Shown here: one piece after another, positions 18,877 through 28,917 of the stretch | Position numbering within the stretch: the stretch's first letter is position 1 | Layout of the letters: every line of letters begins with the position of its first letter | DNA from: an uncultured Planctomycetaceae bacterium | GTDB taxonomy: Bacteria; Planctomycetota; Phycisphaerae; SM23-33 | Assembly (NCBI GenBank): GCA_964642855.1 | Contig: CAZXSK010000001.1 | Location: 111,637-175,636 of the forward strand | Direction of reading: 5' to 3' | DNA length: 64,000 bases | Made by a program: the position numbers and the translations under genes | The notes under the pieces: model-generated | What the model was told of the DNA's origin: nothing | The model's database searches: none | Seen by the model: the letters and a program-made list of their open reading frames with translations, nothing else

Positions 18877-20037
18877 GTGTATCGAATCGATCAGCGTGAA
18901 GTCGAAGCCGTGCGGAAGGTTGTCGAGGGCAAGCAACTGTTTCGGTATGCCGGCGGGAAGACGGCGAAATTCACCGCCCGGCTGGAGCGGGACATCGCCC
19001 ACAAGATCGGCACGAAGCACGCCCTGGCAACCTCGAGCGGCACGGGCAGCCTGATCTGCGCACTGGCCGGTCTGGGCATCGGGCCGGGCGACGAGGTCAT
19101 CGTGCCCGGTTACACGTTCATCGCCACCGCCCTGGCGCCGCTTGCAGTCGGAGCGGTGCCCGTAATCGCCGAAGTCGACGAGACGCTCACGCTCGATCCG
19201 GACGACGTTCGCAGCAAGATCACTCGTTACACCAAGGCGATCATCCCCGTACACATGGCCGGCTTGCCCTGCAACATGCGCAAGCTCATGAAGATCGCCC
19301 GCGAGAAGAAGATCGCCGTCGTCGAGGACGCCGCCCAGGCAGCCGGCGGGTCGTATCGCGGCAAGCGGTTCGGCAAGATCGGCGACGTCGGGATCCTGAG
19401 CTTCAACCACTACAAGATCGTGGCGTCAGGCGAAGGCGGAGCGGTCGTGACCGACGACCGAGAGATCCATCAACGGGCGATGATCTTCCACGACGGCGGA
19501 TGCGTGTTCTTCGATCGCGACGCGAAGGGAAACACCACCGACTTCTTCGCGGGGCTGAACTTCCGGATTTCCGAGATTCAAAGCGCGATCATGGGAGTGC
19601 AGATCAAGCGGCTGGACGGGATCCTCCGGAAGCTGCGGGCCCGCAAGCGTGCGATGGCTGATATCCTTGAGAAATCCGAGGAACTGAGAGTCAGCCCCTG
19701 CAATGACGAGGAAGGCGACTGCGGCACGACATTGCCGGTGATTTTTCCCCACGCGGAGCAGGCTGCGGGGTTCCTCAAGAAGCACCACAAGCGCTGCGGC
19801 ATGTTCCGCCCGATTGAGACCGACCGGCACGTGTACAGTAATTGGGACCCGATCCTGCAGCAGAAGGCTCACCACCCGAAGCACAATCCCTGGTCGTGGA
19901 CAAAGCGAAAGATCCGCCAGGACAAGGATTGCTGCCCGGCCACGCTGGACATTCTGGCGCGGACGGTGTGCATCCAGACGCCATTCGAGGCGACGGTGGC
20001 GGAGTCTCGCAGGCTCGCGCGGAAGATGATGGGTTGA
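18877..20037 (+). CDS. DegT/DnrJ/EryC1/StrS-family PLP-dependent sugar aminotransferase
   Basis: GTG start. GTKHALATSSGTGSL, VIVPGYTFIATA and ILSFNHYKIVASGEGGAVV motifs. Confidence 0.85.
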   Translation: MYRIDQREVEAVRKVVEGKQLFRYAGGKTAKFTARLERDIAHKIGTKHALATSSGTGSLICALAGLGIGPGDEVIVPGYTFIATALAPLAVGAVPVIAEVDETLTLDPDDVRSKITRYTKAIIPVHMAGLPCNMRKLMKIAREKKIAVVEDAAQAAGGSYRGKRFGKIGDVGILSFNHYKIVASGEGGAVVTDDREIHQRAMIFHDGGCVFFDRDAKGNTTDFFAGLNFRISEIQSAIMGVQIKRLDGILRKLRARKRAMADILEKSEELRVSPCNDEEGDCGTTLPVIFPHAEQAAGFLKKHHKRCGMFRPIETDRHVYSNWDPILQQKAHHPKHNPWSWTKRKIRQDKDCCPATLDILARTVCIQTPFEATVAESRRLARKMMG

Positions 20038-20086
20038 GAAGGCGGGGCGGTCGTAACGAAAGGCGAACCATCCCGGAGGCGGTGGG

Positions 20087-20347
20087 CTACCGGCCGTCGG
20101 AATTGATGTCGATGGAGAAGAAGTCCTGGCTGGCGGATACCGGCCTTGCCGGTTCACCCTGTGCGGATGCCGGGCGGTCGCTGTCGAAGGATTCGACAGC
20201 GTGGTAGGCGTCCCGGCCTGTGGAGACCGCGCGGGCATACGCCCGCCCGAGCCAGCCGATCAGGTCCGGACTGTCCGGTTTGCGTCCCAGTTGGTAGCCG
20301 CCCAGGAATGCACCGGACAACAGTATCAGCGCAATGATCTTCTTCAT
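20087..20347 (-). CDS. small secreted hypothetical protein
   Basis: MKKIIALILLSGAFLGGYQLG signal peptide. 86 aa. Internal start of track ORF 20087..20416. Confidence 0.5.
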   Translation of the reverse strand: MKKIIALILLSGAFLGGYQLGRKPDSPDLIGWLGRAYARAVSTGRDAYHAVESFDSDRPASAQGEPARPVSASQDFFSIDINSDGR

Positions 20348-20748
20348 AGTGGGTAGCGAGCGCTTCCTGCCCAAAGAGTACCTCGTCCTGCCTCCGTGCG
20401 CTGAGTCAGCCGGCAAGCCGTTGATAGAGGCTGACTGCCGCGTCTCCCATCTATCGGCTATTCTATGGCTGCGGTGTCCCTAAATCAACGAGAGAAAGCA
20501 AATTAGGCGCAATCCGGAAGGCCTTGGGTGCTTTTCCTTTTGACGGGATGGGAACTCGCATCGAACCCCTGCCATTTCCAGGGCCCGGGGAACGGATCCG
20601 CGCGCACGGTCTTGAGGCGTGTAGCAATTCCCGATACGAACTTAAGGGGTATACCGCACCGGCCGAAGAGGTAATTGAGGGACTGCCGATGCGATCCCGG
20701 AATGCATGACCAGTAGGCGCCGCCCTGTCTGATTTGGAGGAGCCTGTC

Positions 20749-21315
20749 TTGAAGCGTGGCGACGGGTTCACCGTTGTGGAGATTCTCATCGTCGTGATGA
20801 TCGTGTCGATCGTTGCGCTGATGGTGGTTCCCCGCTTCACCCGGGCGGCAGAAGACTCCCGCCAGGTCGCGCTGAAGATGGACATCCGTATACTTCGCGA
20901 GGCCGTGTTTCGCTACACCCAGGAACACAACGGCCTGGAGCCCCACCAGGACCCCTCCGGCGCCGTCGACGTGGGGAACTTCCGCGACCGCCTTCTCCTG
21001 CGTACGGACGAGGACGGCACGCTCAACCCGGCCGGTGCGTGCGGCCCGTACCTCAAGAGCTGGCCGGACAACCCCTACGCACCGGACGAGGTGGCCAGGG
21101 ACATCAAGACCGGCAAGTCGCTCCTGCCGCCGCGCGACAACTCCTCCGGCTGGTACCTCGATACGGTCACCGGCCTGATCAGCCCGAACTCGACCATGGG
21201 CGGTGAATTCGCCGACGACGAAGCCCAGCTCGAAGCCGAGAAGCTCACCGGCCTCCAACGAGCCGACAGCGTGTCGGCCCACGATTCCGTCCCCGCCGAC
21301 AGCACCGCGAGGTAG
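20749..21315 (+). CDS. prepilin-type N-terminal cleavage/methylation domain protein (GspG-like pseudopilin)
   Basis: GGAGGAG Shine-Dalgarno-like sequence, then TTG start. MKRGDG^FTVVEILIVVMIVSIVALMVVP is a class III signal peptide with Glu at +5. Confidence 0.75.
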   Translation: MKRGDGFTVVEILIVVMIVSIVALMVVPRFTRAAEDSRQVALKMDIRILREAVFRYTQEHNGLEPHQDPSGAVDVGNFRDRLLLRTDEDGTLNPAGACGPYLKSWPDNPYAPDEVARDIKTGKSLLPPRDNSSGWYLDTVTGLISPNSTMGGEFADDEAQLEAEKLTGLQRADSVSAHDSVPADSTAR

Positions 21316-21331
21316 CGTCACCTCGCGCGGC

Positions 21332-22162
21332 CTACATTCCCTCGACGATCCGGAAGACGTAGATCGGCCCGGCCCGGAGATTCTGCGTCCACGTCACCGG
21401 CAGCACGTTCAGGTAAACGGCTGCGACGAAGGCCATCGATATCGCCAGGACGTACACGTTGGGCCGGCGGAGATAGACCCACGCCCACACCATGCCCGTG
21501 ATGGCGCAACCGGCAGCCAGGGGCAGGTTCGGCCAGTGGAGCAGGCCGAATATCCCCCCCGCCACAACAATGCAGGCGGCCGGGCCTCCTCCCAGCCGGC
21601 GAAGCCGGGTGATCAGGAACACCTGGAAGACCGTCAGTTGCACCAGGCCGTAGAACGGGTAGAACGCCAGGGAGACAGCCAGTTTCCGGGGTCGGATTAC
21701 CGGCCCCAGGCACAGGGCCAGGGCTGCGACGGCGGCGAGCATGAGTACCGTAGGCAGCGCAGCGAGGCGAGCCGCCGGCAGGAAGTTCCGGCCGGTCAGT
21801 CCCAGCTTGCCCCATCGCGCGCGATCCCTCGCCAGCCCCCACGCCACGACGGCCAGCGCAACCAGAATGGCCGCGTAGTCGACCGGCCTCCACTTGGGCG
21901 TCAAGGCCAACCACTCGTAGGCCAGGAAGGCTGGGAACACCAGCAACTCGGCGGCAGCGACCCGGCCTGGGCGTTTCCTCAGGCTATGACGACCCGCAAC
22001 CGCCAGTCCGGCCGCGGAGAGTCCGAGTGCGGCTGCGATGATCCATCTCAAGCCGCCCTGCTCGGGCAGCACCGTCGCCGCAGCCAGCACCTCCGGCGGA
22101 TACCGTAGGCTCATGGCGGCAACGACGACGGCCGCACTGCACAGCAGGAGCGCCCAGGGCAT
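21332..22162 (-). CDS. polytopic membrane protein (possible CPBP/Abi-family intramembrane protease)
   Basis: Six to seven hydrophobic helices. An FGLLHWPN (FxxxH-like) motif is present, but the EExxxR motif is not clear. Confidence 0.55.
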   Translation of the reverse strand: MPWALLLCSAAVVVAAMSLRYPPEVLAAATVLPEQGGLRWIIAAALGLSAAGLAVAGRHSLRKRPGRVAAAELLVFPAFLAYEWLALTPKWRPVDYAAILVALAVVAWGLARDRARWGKLGLTGRNFLPAARLAALPTVLMLAAVAALALCLGPVIRPRKLAVSLAFYPFYGLVQLTVFQVFLITRLRRLGGGPAACIVVAGGIFGLLHWPNLPLAAGCAITGMVWAWVYLRRPNVYVLAISMAFVAAVYLNVLPVTWTQNLRAGPIYVFRIVEGM

Positions 22163-22174
22163 GGCTGTCGCGCG

Positions 22175-22678
22175 TCAGCCCTTGCTGACCGCGCGGTCCT
22201 TTTCCTGGACCTTGCGGATCTGGGCTTCCTTGAACTCCGCAAGCTTCCCGGCCAGAGCTTCGTCGGAGGTCGCCAGGATCTGCGCGGCGAAGATTCCGGC
22301 GTTGGACGCGCCGGCCTTGCCGATGGCCATGCAGCCGACGGGAATGCCCGGGGGCATCTGCATGGTGCTCAGCGCGGCGTCGACGCCCTGCAGCGGCCCG
22401 GAGTTGATGGGCACGCCGATCACCGGCAGCGTGGTCTTGGCCGCCAGCACGCCCGCCAGGGCGGCACTCATTCCCGCCGCGGCGATGATGACCTTCAGCC
22501 CCCGATCAACAGCCGTGGAGGAGTATTCGTGGGCGATGTCCGGCGTGCGATGGGCCGAGATTACCCGCACTTCGCACGGAATGCCGAAGCTTTCCAACTG
22601 GTCGATGCAGCGTTTCATGATCTCCAGGTCGCTGTCACTTCCCATGACCACGCCTACGAGGGGTTTGGTATCAGCCAT
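22175..22678 (-). CDS. purE: 5-(carboxyamino)imidazole ribonucleotide mutase
   Basis: MADTKPLVGVVMGSDSDLEIM...ISAHRTP...IIAAAGMSAALAGVLAAKTTLPVIGVP. Confidence 0.9.
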   Translation of the reverse strand: MADTKPLVGVVMGSDSDLEIMKRCIDQLESFGIPCEVRVISAHRTPDIAHEYSSTAVDRGLKVIIAAAGMSAALAGVLAAKTTLPVIGVPINSGPLQGVDAALSTMQMPPGIPVGCMAIGKAGASNAGIFAAQILATSDEALAGKLAEFKEAQIRKVQEKDRAVSKG

Positions 22679-23942
22679 TGTCAGGCTCCTTTTTATCGCG
22701 CCAATCGAACGCAACCTTCAAGGCTCCGCTGCGGCGCTTCTGGCCGGCTGTGCGGATCGCCTCGCGGTACTCATCGGGAGCAAAAGTATGCGTAAGCAGG
22801 CCCGATGGGTCAAGCGCGCCTTCGAGGATCAGCTCGTGGACGGCCTGGTAGGTGCCGATCTTTCGGCCTCTGAAGTCCTCGATCTGCCGGCCATAGACGC
22901 CGACGACCGTCAGTTCGCGGAACCACACGGGCGTCAGGTCGATCCGCCCGCCCGAGCCCGTCGCGATCGCCAGCACCTGCCCCCGGGCTGCGGTCCACTT
23001 GACGGATTCCTCCATCGAGCCGGCCGTTCCGACCAGGTCGATGACCATGTCGTATCCGCCGGAAAGCATCCGGTTGCCGAACCGCACGCGGTGCTCCCGC
23101 GCCCCGGTCCGCCGGGCGATCTGCCGGAACCGCTCGTCGCGATCTGCCGGGAGGGTGAAGTATTCGTCGGCCCCCAGGCGGGCGGCGAGCCGTTCCGCCG
23201 GACCCCCGCGCCCCAAGGCGTCGATGCGTCCCCGGAAGTCCATTGCTCGCAGACAGCCGATGGCGCCAAGTCCCAGCACGCCCGCGCCGTAGACCAGGAC
23301 CGATTCCACCCGCGAGAGGTCCGCCCGCAGCAGCCCATGCAGGCTGCAGGCCAGTGGGTCGGTCAGCACGGCGACCTCGTCGGGCATCTCGTCGGGCACG
23401 GGGACAAGCTGCGACTCGTGTGCCACGAAGTTCTCGCCGTAGCCGCCCCCCGTGGCTGCGTTGTAGCCGATGCTCGTGCCTGCAGGCAGGCGGTATCGCC
23501 CTTCGCCGGCGGCTCCGAAGTTTTCGCACGCGCCGAACGCTCCTCGACTGCAGGGCTCGCATGGCGGTTCGATCCCCCGGGGCCTGCAACAGAGTGTAGG
23601 TTCCACGCAGACCCTCCTGCCCAGCCAGGCGTCGTCGACAGCAGGGCCTGTTTCGACTACCTCCCCGACGTTCTCATGCCCGAAGACCGCCGGGAGGGAA
23701 CTGAACGCCTGCAGGATGGAATCGGGAGGCTGCTTCTGGCGGAAGATCGCCAGGTCGGTCCCGCAGACCCCGGCCAGGCGGGTCCGGACGCGCACCCAGT
23801 CGTCTCCGGGCAGCGGCGGCTCGGGGACGGTCCGCATCGCCAGGCCACCCAGACGCGAAGAAAAGCCCTCCGGCCAGACCGGACGAAGCAACTTGCACGC
23901 CAACCAGCCAAGCGGTTTGATGTCATACACGATGGCTCGCAT
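22671..23942 (-). CDS. zinc-dependent medium-chain alcohol/threonine-type dehydrogenase
   Basis: Start MRAIVYDIKP, internal to track ORF 22671..24434. GVCGTDL and GHENVGEVVETG motifs. Rossmann motif VYGAGVLGLGAIG. Its stop overlaps the purE start by 8 nt. Confidence 0.85.
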   Translation of the reverse strand: MRAIVYDIKPLGWLACKLLRPVWPEGFSSRLGGLAMRTVPEPPLPGDDWVRVRTRLAGVCGTDLAIFRQKQPPDSILQAFSSLPAVFGHENVGEVVETGPAVDDAWLGRRVCVEPTLCCRPRGIEPPCEPCSRGAFGACENFGAAGEGRYRLPAGTSIGYNAATGGGYGENFVAHESQLVPVPDEMPDEVAVLTDPLACSLHGLLRADLSRVESVLVYGAGVLGLGAIGCLRAMDFRGRIDALGRGGPAERLAARLGADEYFTLPADRDERFRQIARRTGAREHRVRFGNRMLSGGYDMVIDLVGTAGSMEESVKWTAARGQVLAIATGSGGRIDLTPVWFRELTVVGVYGRQIEDFRGRKIGTYQAVHELILEGALDPSGLLTHTFAPDEYREAIRTAGQKRRSGALKVAFDWRDKKEPDNG

Positions 23943-24040
23943 TCCGATACAGATAACCGTAGGCGGCCCCGAAGGAAAGCTCAATCGGTCGGGGCCGATA
24001 CGATGGAGTGCAGGACAGACAGGCAGGAAGGTCAGTGCGT

Positions 24041-25570
24041 ATGAAGCGATGGATCCGTAACTTGGTATGGACGACGGGGGCGATGCTGCTTGCGATGGCG
24101 GCAGGCTGCCAGGACCCGCTGCACTTTCCGATGCACTCGATGGACAGAGCTGCCCGGGACGTCGGCGCAGCCGAAGCGTATGACGCCGACCACGACGGCC
24201 AGGCCGACCTGTTCTTCTACGAAGCAGCCGGAGACGACCGGCGTATCGTGCGCATCGCCTACGACCGCGACGGCGACGCCAAGCCGGACCGCACCATCGA
24301 GCTGGATGCCATTCCCGTCGACCAGTGCCGCCACCTGGTGGTGATTCTCGACGGGTTCGCGTGGCACGTCGTGCAGGAGTACCGCAAGCAGGGAGGTCTG
24401 CGCCTGTTCCACAGGCCGTCGAAGGTCGTTGCACCCTACCCCACGCTGACCGACATGTGCCTGGAGGACCTGCTCGGACACGTGCCCGTGGCTGGGTTCG
24501 AGGCGGAATACTACGACCACCGGCGCGACCGGGTTGTCGGCGGGGCGACCAGCTACCTTTCCGGACGAAACCAGCCCTACAACCGCCTGCTGCAGTACCG
24601 CGCCAATCTGATTCTCGATGCGGTCGGCTACGTCGTGCCGTGGAAGGTCTTTGGCCACGAGATCGACAACATCCTCGAAACGCTCGACAAACGCCAGACG
24701 CGCGAGGTGCTGGCGTATGTGGTGAGTGCAGCCGGCGTGAGTACGCGGGACGGCAGGGACGGACAGGTCCGGTGCCTCCGGAAAGTGGACCGGCTCGTCC
24801 GCCAGGTGGTCACGGAAACGCAGGGCCTGACCAAGGTCACGCTGGTTTCCGACCACGGCCACAGCTACACACGCGCGCAGCGGGCGCCGCTGGAGAAGCA
24901 CCTCAAAGACAAGGGATGGCGGCTCCGCAATCGGCTGTGCGATCCCAATGACGTGGTCTTCGTGCGGTTCGGCCTGGTGACCTATGCGTCCCTGTCGACG
25001 CGCAGGCCCGCGGCGCTTGCCAGGGATCTCGCCTCGGCGGAGGGCGTGGACCTCGTCAGCCATCGCAACCCGTCCAACCCCCTGTCGGTCGTCGTGACCG
25101 GCTCGAAAGACCCCAGCAGCGACGGCCCGGCGCCCCGTGCGATCATCCGGAGGACCGACAACGGGCGATTCGTCTACGAGCCCGTCGTCGGCGACCCGCT
25201 GGAGCTCAAGGACGCGCTGAGGTCGATCAAGCCAGATCGGGGCGGTTCGTACGACCCCGACGACCTGCTGAAGGCGACCGTCGACGCGAAATACCCCGCG
25301 CCCCTGCAGAGGATCTGGCGGGCGCATTTCAGCCTGGTCGAAAACCCGCCGGATGTGATCGTCTCGCTGAAGGACAGCTACTACACCGGCTCTGCGTCCT
25401 TCGGGCGGTTCGTGGACGTCGCAAGTACCCACGGCAGCCTGAACCGCACCAACAGCGTGACGTTCCTGATGTCCACCGCCGGGCGGCTGCCATCGGTTCT
25501 CCGATCACGGGACGTTCCCGGAGCGATGGCCGAACTTCTCGAGGTACCCGCCTGGCCGATGCGGAAGTAG
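24041..25570 (+). CDS. alkaline-phosphatase-superfamily lipoprotein (type I phosphodiesterase/nucleotide pyrophosphatase-like)
   Basis: MKRWIRNLVWTTGAMLLAMAAGC (lipobox). HLVVILDGFAW and TLVSDHGHSYT metal-ligand motifs of the AlkP core. Confidence 0.6.
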   Translation: MKRWIRNLVWTTGAMLLAMAAGCQDPLHFPMHSMDRAARDVGAAEAYDADHDGQADLFFYEAAGDDRRIVRIAYDRDGDAKPDRTIELDAIPVDQCRHLVVILDGFAWHVVQEYRKQGGLRLFHRPSKVVAPYPTLTDMCLEDLLGHVPVAGFEAEYYDHRRDRVVGGATSYLSGRNQPYNRLLQYRANLILDAVGYVVPWKVFGHEIDNILETLDKRQTREVLAYVVSAAGVSTRDGRDGQVRCLRKVDRLVRQVVTETQGLTKVTLVSDHGHSYTRAQRAPLEKHLKDKGWRLRNRLCDPNDVVFVRFGLVTYASLSTRRPAALARDLASAEGVDLVSHRNPSNPLSVVVTGSKDPSSDGPAPRAIIRRTDNGRFVYEPVVGDPLELKDALRSIKPDRGGSYDPDDLLKATVDAKYPAPLQRIWRAHFSLVENPPDVIVSLKDSYYTGSASFGRFVDVASTHGSLNRTNSVTFLMSTAGRLPSVLRSRDVPGAMAELLEVPAWPMRK

Positions 25571-25579
25571 CCGCCCGGG

Positions 25580-27400
25580 TCAGCGGCTGATCACGAAGAT
25601 CGCCATGTCGGCATTGAGGTTCGGATCCTGCTCGACCTTTTCGCCCTTCTCGATGTCCAGCGCAACGCGGTCGTGGATGCGGATGCCCTTGCTCTGGCAG
25701 AGGTCGGCGAAGTCGGCGATGGTGAAGAACCGCAGGTTCGGCGTGTTGTACCACTGATAGCTCAGCAGCCCGCCCGAGACCGGCGCCCGGCCCTGGTCAT
25801 GCAGCATCCTGCGCAGCTTGTGGTAGCCGAAGTTCGGGAAGCTCACGATGCACCGCTTGCCGACGCGGAGCATTTCGTCCAGAAGCCCCTCGACGTCCAG
25901 TACAGCCTGGAGCGTCAGCGAGAGCACGACGTAGTCGAACTGCCCGTCCCCGAAGACACGCAGGCCTTCGTTCAGGTCGCCTTGGATCACCTCGATGCCG
26001 CGACGGACGCAGTCGATCACCCGCGTCTCCTTGACCTCCACGCCCATGATCCTGCCGTGCCCCCGGCTGCGGAGTTCGTCGAGCAGTCCGCCCGAGCCGC
26101 ACCCGAGATCCAGCACGCTTGCGCCTTCAGGCACCAGCCGCAGGATGCGATCGTAATCCTTCCTGCCGGCGTGCACGAGCCTCGCCGAGGCGTGAAGTTC
26201 GTCGGCCTCGGGGGTGAAAGGCACCTCATCACCGAGACCCGAAAGGTTCAGCAGGAACGCACGCACCAGCTCGCCGTAGCTGTCCAGCTCGTCGGGCAGC
26301 AGGAAGGCATCGTGTCCGCAGTCGCTGCGCACATTGCAGTAGCTCACCGGCTTGCCCGCGGTGACCAGCGCGTCGACGATGCGGCGGGACTGGCTCGGCG
26401 GGAACAGCCAGTCGCTCGTGAAGCTGATCACCAGCCACCGTGCCTGGCTGGGCGAGAAGACCTCCGCAAGCTCTTCGACGCTGCTGCCCAGATCGAACAG
26501 GTCCATCGCCAGCGACAGCGTGACGTAGCTGTTGGCGTCGAAGCGTTCCACGAACTTCGCGCCCTGGTGGGCGAGGTATGACCCCACGGAGAATCGCTTC
26601 TCAAAGTCGGTCTGCACGTCGCGGGGCTCGTTGCGGGTGGCGTCGAACTTCTCCCGCATGCTCTTGGGGGACAGGTACGTGATATGCCCCAGCATGCGCG
26701 CGATCGCCAGGCCCACGTCCGGCTTCGGGCCGCTGTCGTAATACTGCCCTCCGCGGTAATTCGGATCGTGGATAATCGCGTTGCGTCCGACCACGTCGAA
26801 CGCCAGCGACTGGCTCGAGAGACGCGGCGAGGTGGCAATCGGAATCACGCCCCTGACCCGGTCGGGATGCGACGCGGCCCACTGGAGGACCTGGTGGCCT
26901 CCCATGGAGCCGCCCACCACGGCCAGCAGCTTTTCGATCTGCAGGTGGTCGACCAGGCGCTTCTGCACTTCGACCATGTCAGCCACGGTGACCGTAGGAA
27001 ACGATCGGCCGTAGGGTTCGCCCGTCGCGGGGTTCGTGCTGTTGGGACCGGTCGTTCCTCGACACCCGCCCAGCACGTTCGGACAGATCACGAAGTAGCG
27101 ATCGGTATCGATGGCCTTGCCGGGCCCCACGAGCAGGTCCCACCAGCCCGGATTGTCGCCCTCGTCGTGGGCGGCGACATGGGAATCACCACTCAGCGCA
27201 TGGCAGATGAGCACGGCGTTGTCCCGCCGGTCATTCAGTTGACCATACGTTTCGTACGCCACCTCGACCTTTTCGAGCACGCCCCCGACGGCCAGGTGCA
27301 GCGGCTCGTCGAATGTCGCCTTCTGCAGATGGCGGAGAGGCGTTGCGCCGCGGATGCTGTCGCTGCTTTCAAACAGTTCTTCGCTGGGTTTCTGCGTCAT
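25580..27400 (-). CDS. metXW: fused homoserine O-acetyltransferase MetX / MetW protein
   Basis: N-terminal 380 aa is MetX (alpha/beta hydrolase, GGSMGGHQVLQWA nucleophile elbow). C-terminal 200 aa is MetW (VLDLGCGSGGLLDEL SAM-methyltransferase-like). One continuous ORF. Start MTQKPSEELF is internal to track ORF 25580..28045. Confidence 0.85.
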   Translation of the reverse strand: MTQKPSEELFESSDSIRGATPLRHLQKATFDEPLHLAVGGVLEKVEVAYETYGQLNDRRDNAVLICHALSGDSHVAAHDEGDNPGWWDLLVGPGKAIDTDRYFVICPNVLGGCRGTTGPNSTNPATGEPYGRSFPTVTVADMVEVQKRLVDHLQIEKLLAVVGGSMGGHQVLQWAASHPDRVRGVIPIATSPRLSSQSLAFDVVGRNAIIHDPNYRGGQYYDSGPKPDVGLAIARMLGHITYLSPKSMREKFDATRNEPRDVQTDFEKRFSVGSYLAHQGAKFVERFDANSYVTLSLAMDLFDLGSSVEELAEVFSPSQARWLVISFTSDWLFPPSQSRRIVDALVTAGKPVSYCNVRSDCGHDAFLLPDELDSYGELVRAFLLNLSGLGDEVPFTPEADELHASARLVHAGRKDYDRILRLVPEGASVLDLGCGSGGLLDELRSRGHGRIMGVEVKETRVIDCVRRGIEVIQGDLNEGLRVFGDGQFDYVVLSLTLQAVLDVEGLLDEMLRVGKRCIVSFPNFGYHKLRRMLHDQGRAPVSGGLLSYQWYNTPNLRFFTIADFADLCQSKGIRIHDRVALDIEKGEKVEQDPNLNADMAIFVISR

Positions 27401-27450
27401 GCTCTTCCCTGTCTCAACGTTCCGCAAAACACACAGGCCTCTCCGGGCGC

Positions 27451-28761
27451 CTACTGCTGGGACGCCTTGAGAGCCTGATCCAGATCGGCGCGGATGTCCG
27501 ATTCGTCTTCGATGCCCACGCACAGTCGAACGTACCCGGGCGTTACGCCCGTGGCAAGCTGCTCCTGCTCGGTCAGCTGCTGGTGGGTCGTCGAGGCCGG
27601 GTGGATCACCAGCGTCTTGGCGTCGCCGATGTTGGCGAGGTGGCTGGCCAGTTGCACGGCGTTGATGAACTTGATGCCCGCTTCCTTGCCGCCCTTGATC
27701 TCGAAGCCGATGATCCCGCCATTGCCCTCCGGCATGTACCTCCTGGCTAGCTGGTGATACGGATGGTCCTCCAGGCCGGGGTAGTTCACTGACTCCACGG
27801 CCGGGTGGTCGCGCAGCCATCTGGCGATCGCCAGCGCGTTGGACGCATGGCGTTCCATCCGAAGGTGAAGCGTCTCGATCCCCAGCAGGAACAGGAAAGC
27901 TGCGAAGGGGCTCATGCACCCGCCCGTGTCGCGAAGCCAGTGCGTGCGGATGTGCACGACGAAGGCGACATTGCCGATCGGCTTGAGCGCCTCGGTGAAG
28001 ACCACGCCGTGGTATGCGTCGTCGGGCTGGCAGAACTCCGGCCACTTCTCCGGGTCGTCGGCCCAGGGGAAGTTCCCACTGTCGACCACCGCTCCGCCGA
28101 CGTGTACGCCGTGGCCTCCGAGGTACTTGGTGGTGGAATAGACCACGATGTCCGCCCCGTGCTCGATCGGCCGGAACAGCGCGGGAGTCATCACCGTGTT
28201 GTCGACGATCAGGGGCAGCCCGTGGGCGTGGGCGATCTCGGCGATGCGCTCGAAATCGGGCACGTCGTTCTTCGGGTTGCCCTGGCTTTCGATATACACG
28301 CAGCGGGTGTCATCGTCGATCAGGTCGGCGATCGTCTCGGGCTCGTTGGGCGAGAAGAATTTCGTCTCGATGTTGAGTTTCTTGAACGTCTGGGTGAACA
28401 GCGTCCACGTGCCGCCATACAGGCTGGTACCCGTGACAATGTTCTGCCCGCTGTGGGTAATCGTGAGAATCGCCGCGCTGATGGCAGCCATGCCGCTGGA
28501 GAATGTCAGTGCAGCGGCGCCGCCGTCCAGTGCAGCCAGTCGCTTCTCCAGTACGTCACAGGTCGGGTTCATCAGCCGGGAGTAGATGTTCCCGAATTCC
28601 TTGAGCGCGAACAGGTCGGCAGCGTGGTCGGTGCTTTCGAAGTTGTAGGCGGCGGTGGCGTAGATGGGCACCGCCCGGGAATGGGTGGCGGGGTCGTCTT
28701 CCTGACCCGCGTGCAGGGCGCGGGTCCCGATTCCGGTCTGTTGTTGGTTCTTGTCGGTCAT
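27451..28761 (-). CDS. metY: O-acetylhomoserine aminocarboxypropyltransferase (sulfhydrylase)
   Basis: MTDKNQQQTGIGTRALHAGQ, with PLP-lysine region YSTTKYLGGHG. Cys/Met-metabolism PLP enzyme. Confidence 0.9.
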   Translation of the reverse strand: MTDKNQQQTGIGTRALHAGQEDDPATHSRAVPIYATAAYNFESTDHAADLFALKEFGNIYSRLMNPTCDVLEKRLAALDGGAAALTFSSGMAAISAAILTITHSGQNIVTGTSLYGGTWTLFTQTFKKLNIETKFFSPNEPETIADLIDDDTRCVYIESQGNPKNDVPDFERIAEIAHAHGLPLIVDNTVMTPALFRPIEHGADIVVYSTTKYLGGHGVHVGGAVVDSGNFPWADDPEKWPEFCQPDDAYHGVVFTEALKPIGNVAFVVHIRTHWLRDTGGCMSPFAAFLFLLGIETLHLRMERHASNALAIARWLRDHPAVESVNYPGLEDHPYHQLARRYMPEGNGGIIGFEIKGGKEAGIKFINAVQLASHLANIGDAKTLVIHPASTTHQQLTEQEQLATGVTPGYVRLCVGIEDESDIRADLDQALKASQQ

Positions 28762-28917
28762 GGCGTTTCCTTTCGTAAGCGACGGCTGCGAGCGAATCCG
28801 TACCCAATACAGACGATTTCCCAATCGTAGGCATCGAGCGTGAGGAAACGCGGAAGGGGGAGACGTCAACGCAACGGTTGACCGTCGGATACGGGCGGAA
28901 TTGCCGACTCAGGTCAG

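Noticed and set aside
23943-24434. A 164-aa N-terminal extension of the dehydrogenase ORF in the track (22671..24434).
   Set aside because: The extension is Arg-rich with no homology. It overlaps the divergent promoter and the start of the AlkP-like lipoprotein gene. The conserved dehydrogenase N-terminus begins at MRAIVYD (23942).
27401-28045. N-terminal extension of the metX-metW ORF overlapping metY.
   Set aside because: The extension is junk-like. The canonical MetX N-terminus MTQKPSEELF begins at 27400, just downstream of the metY stop.
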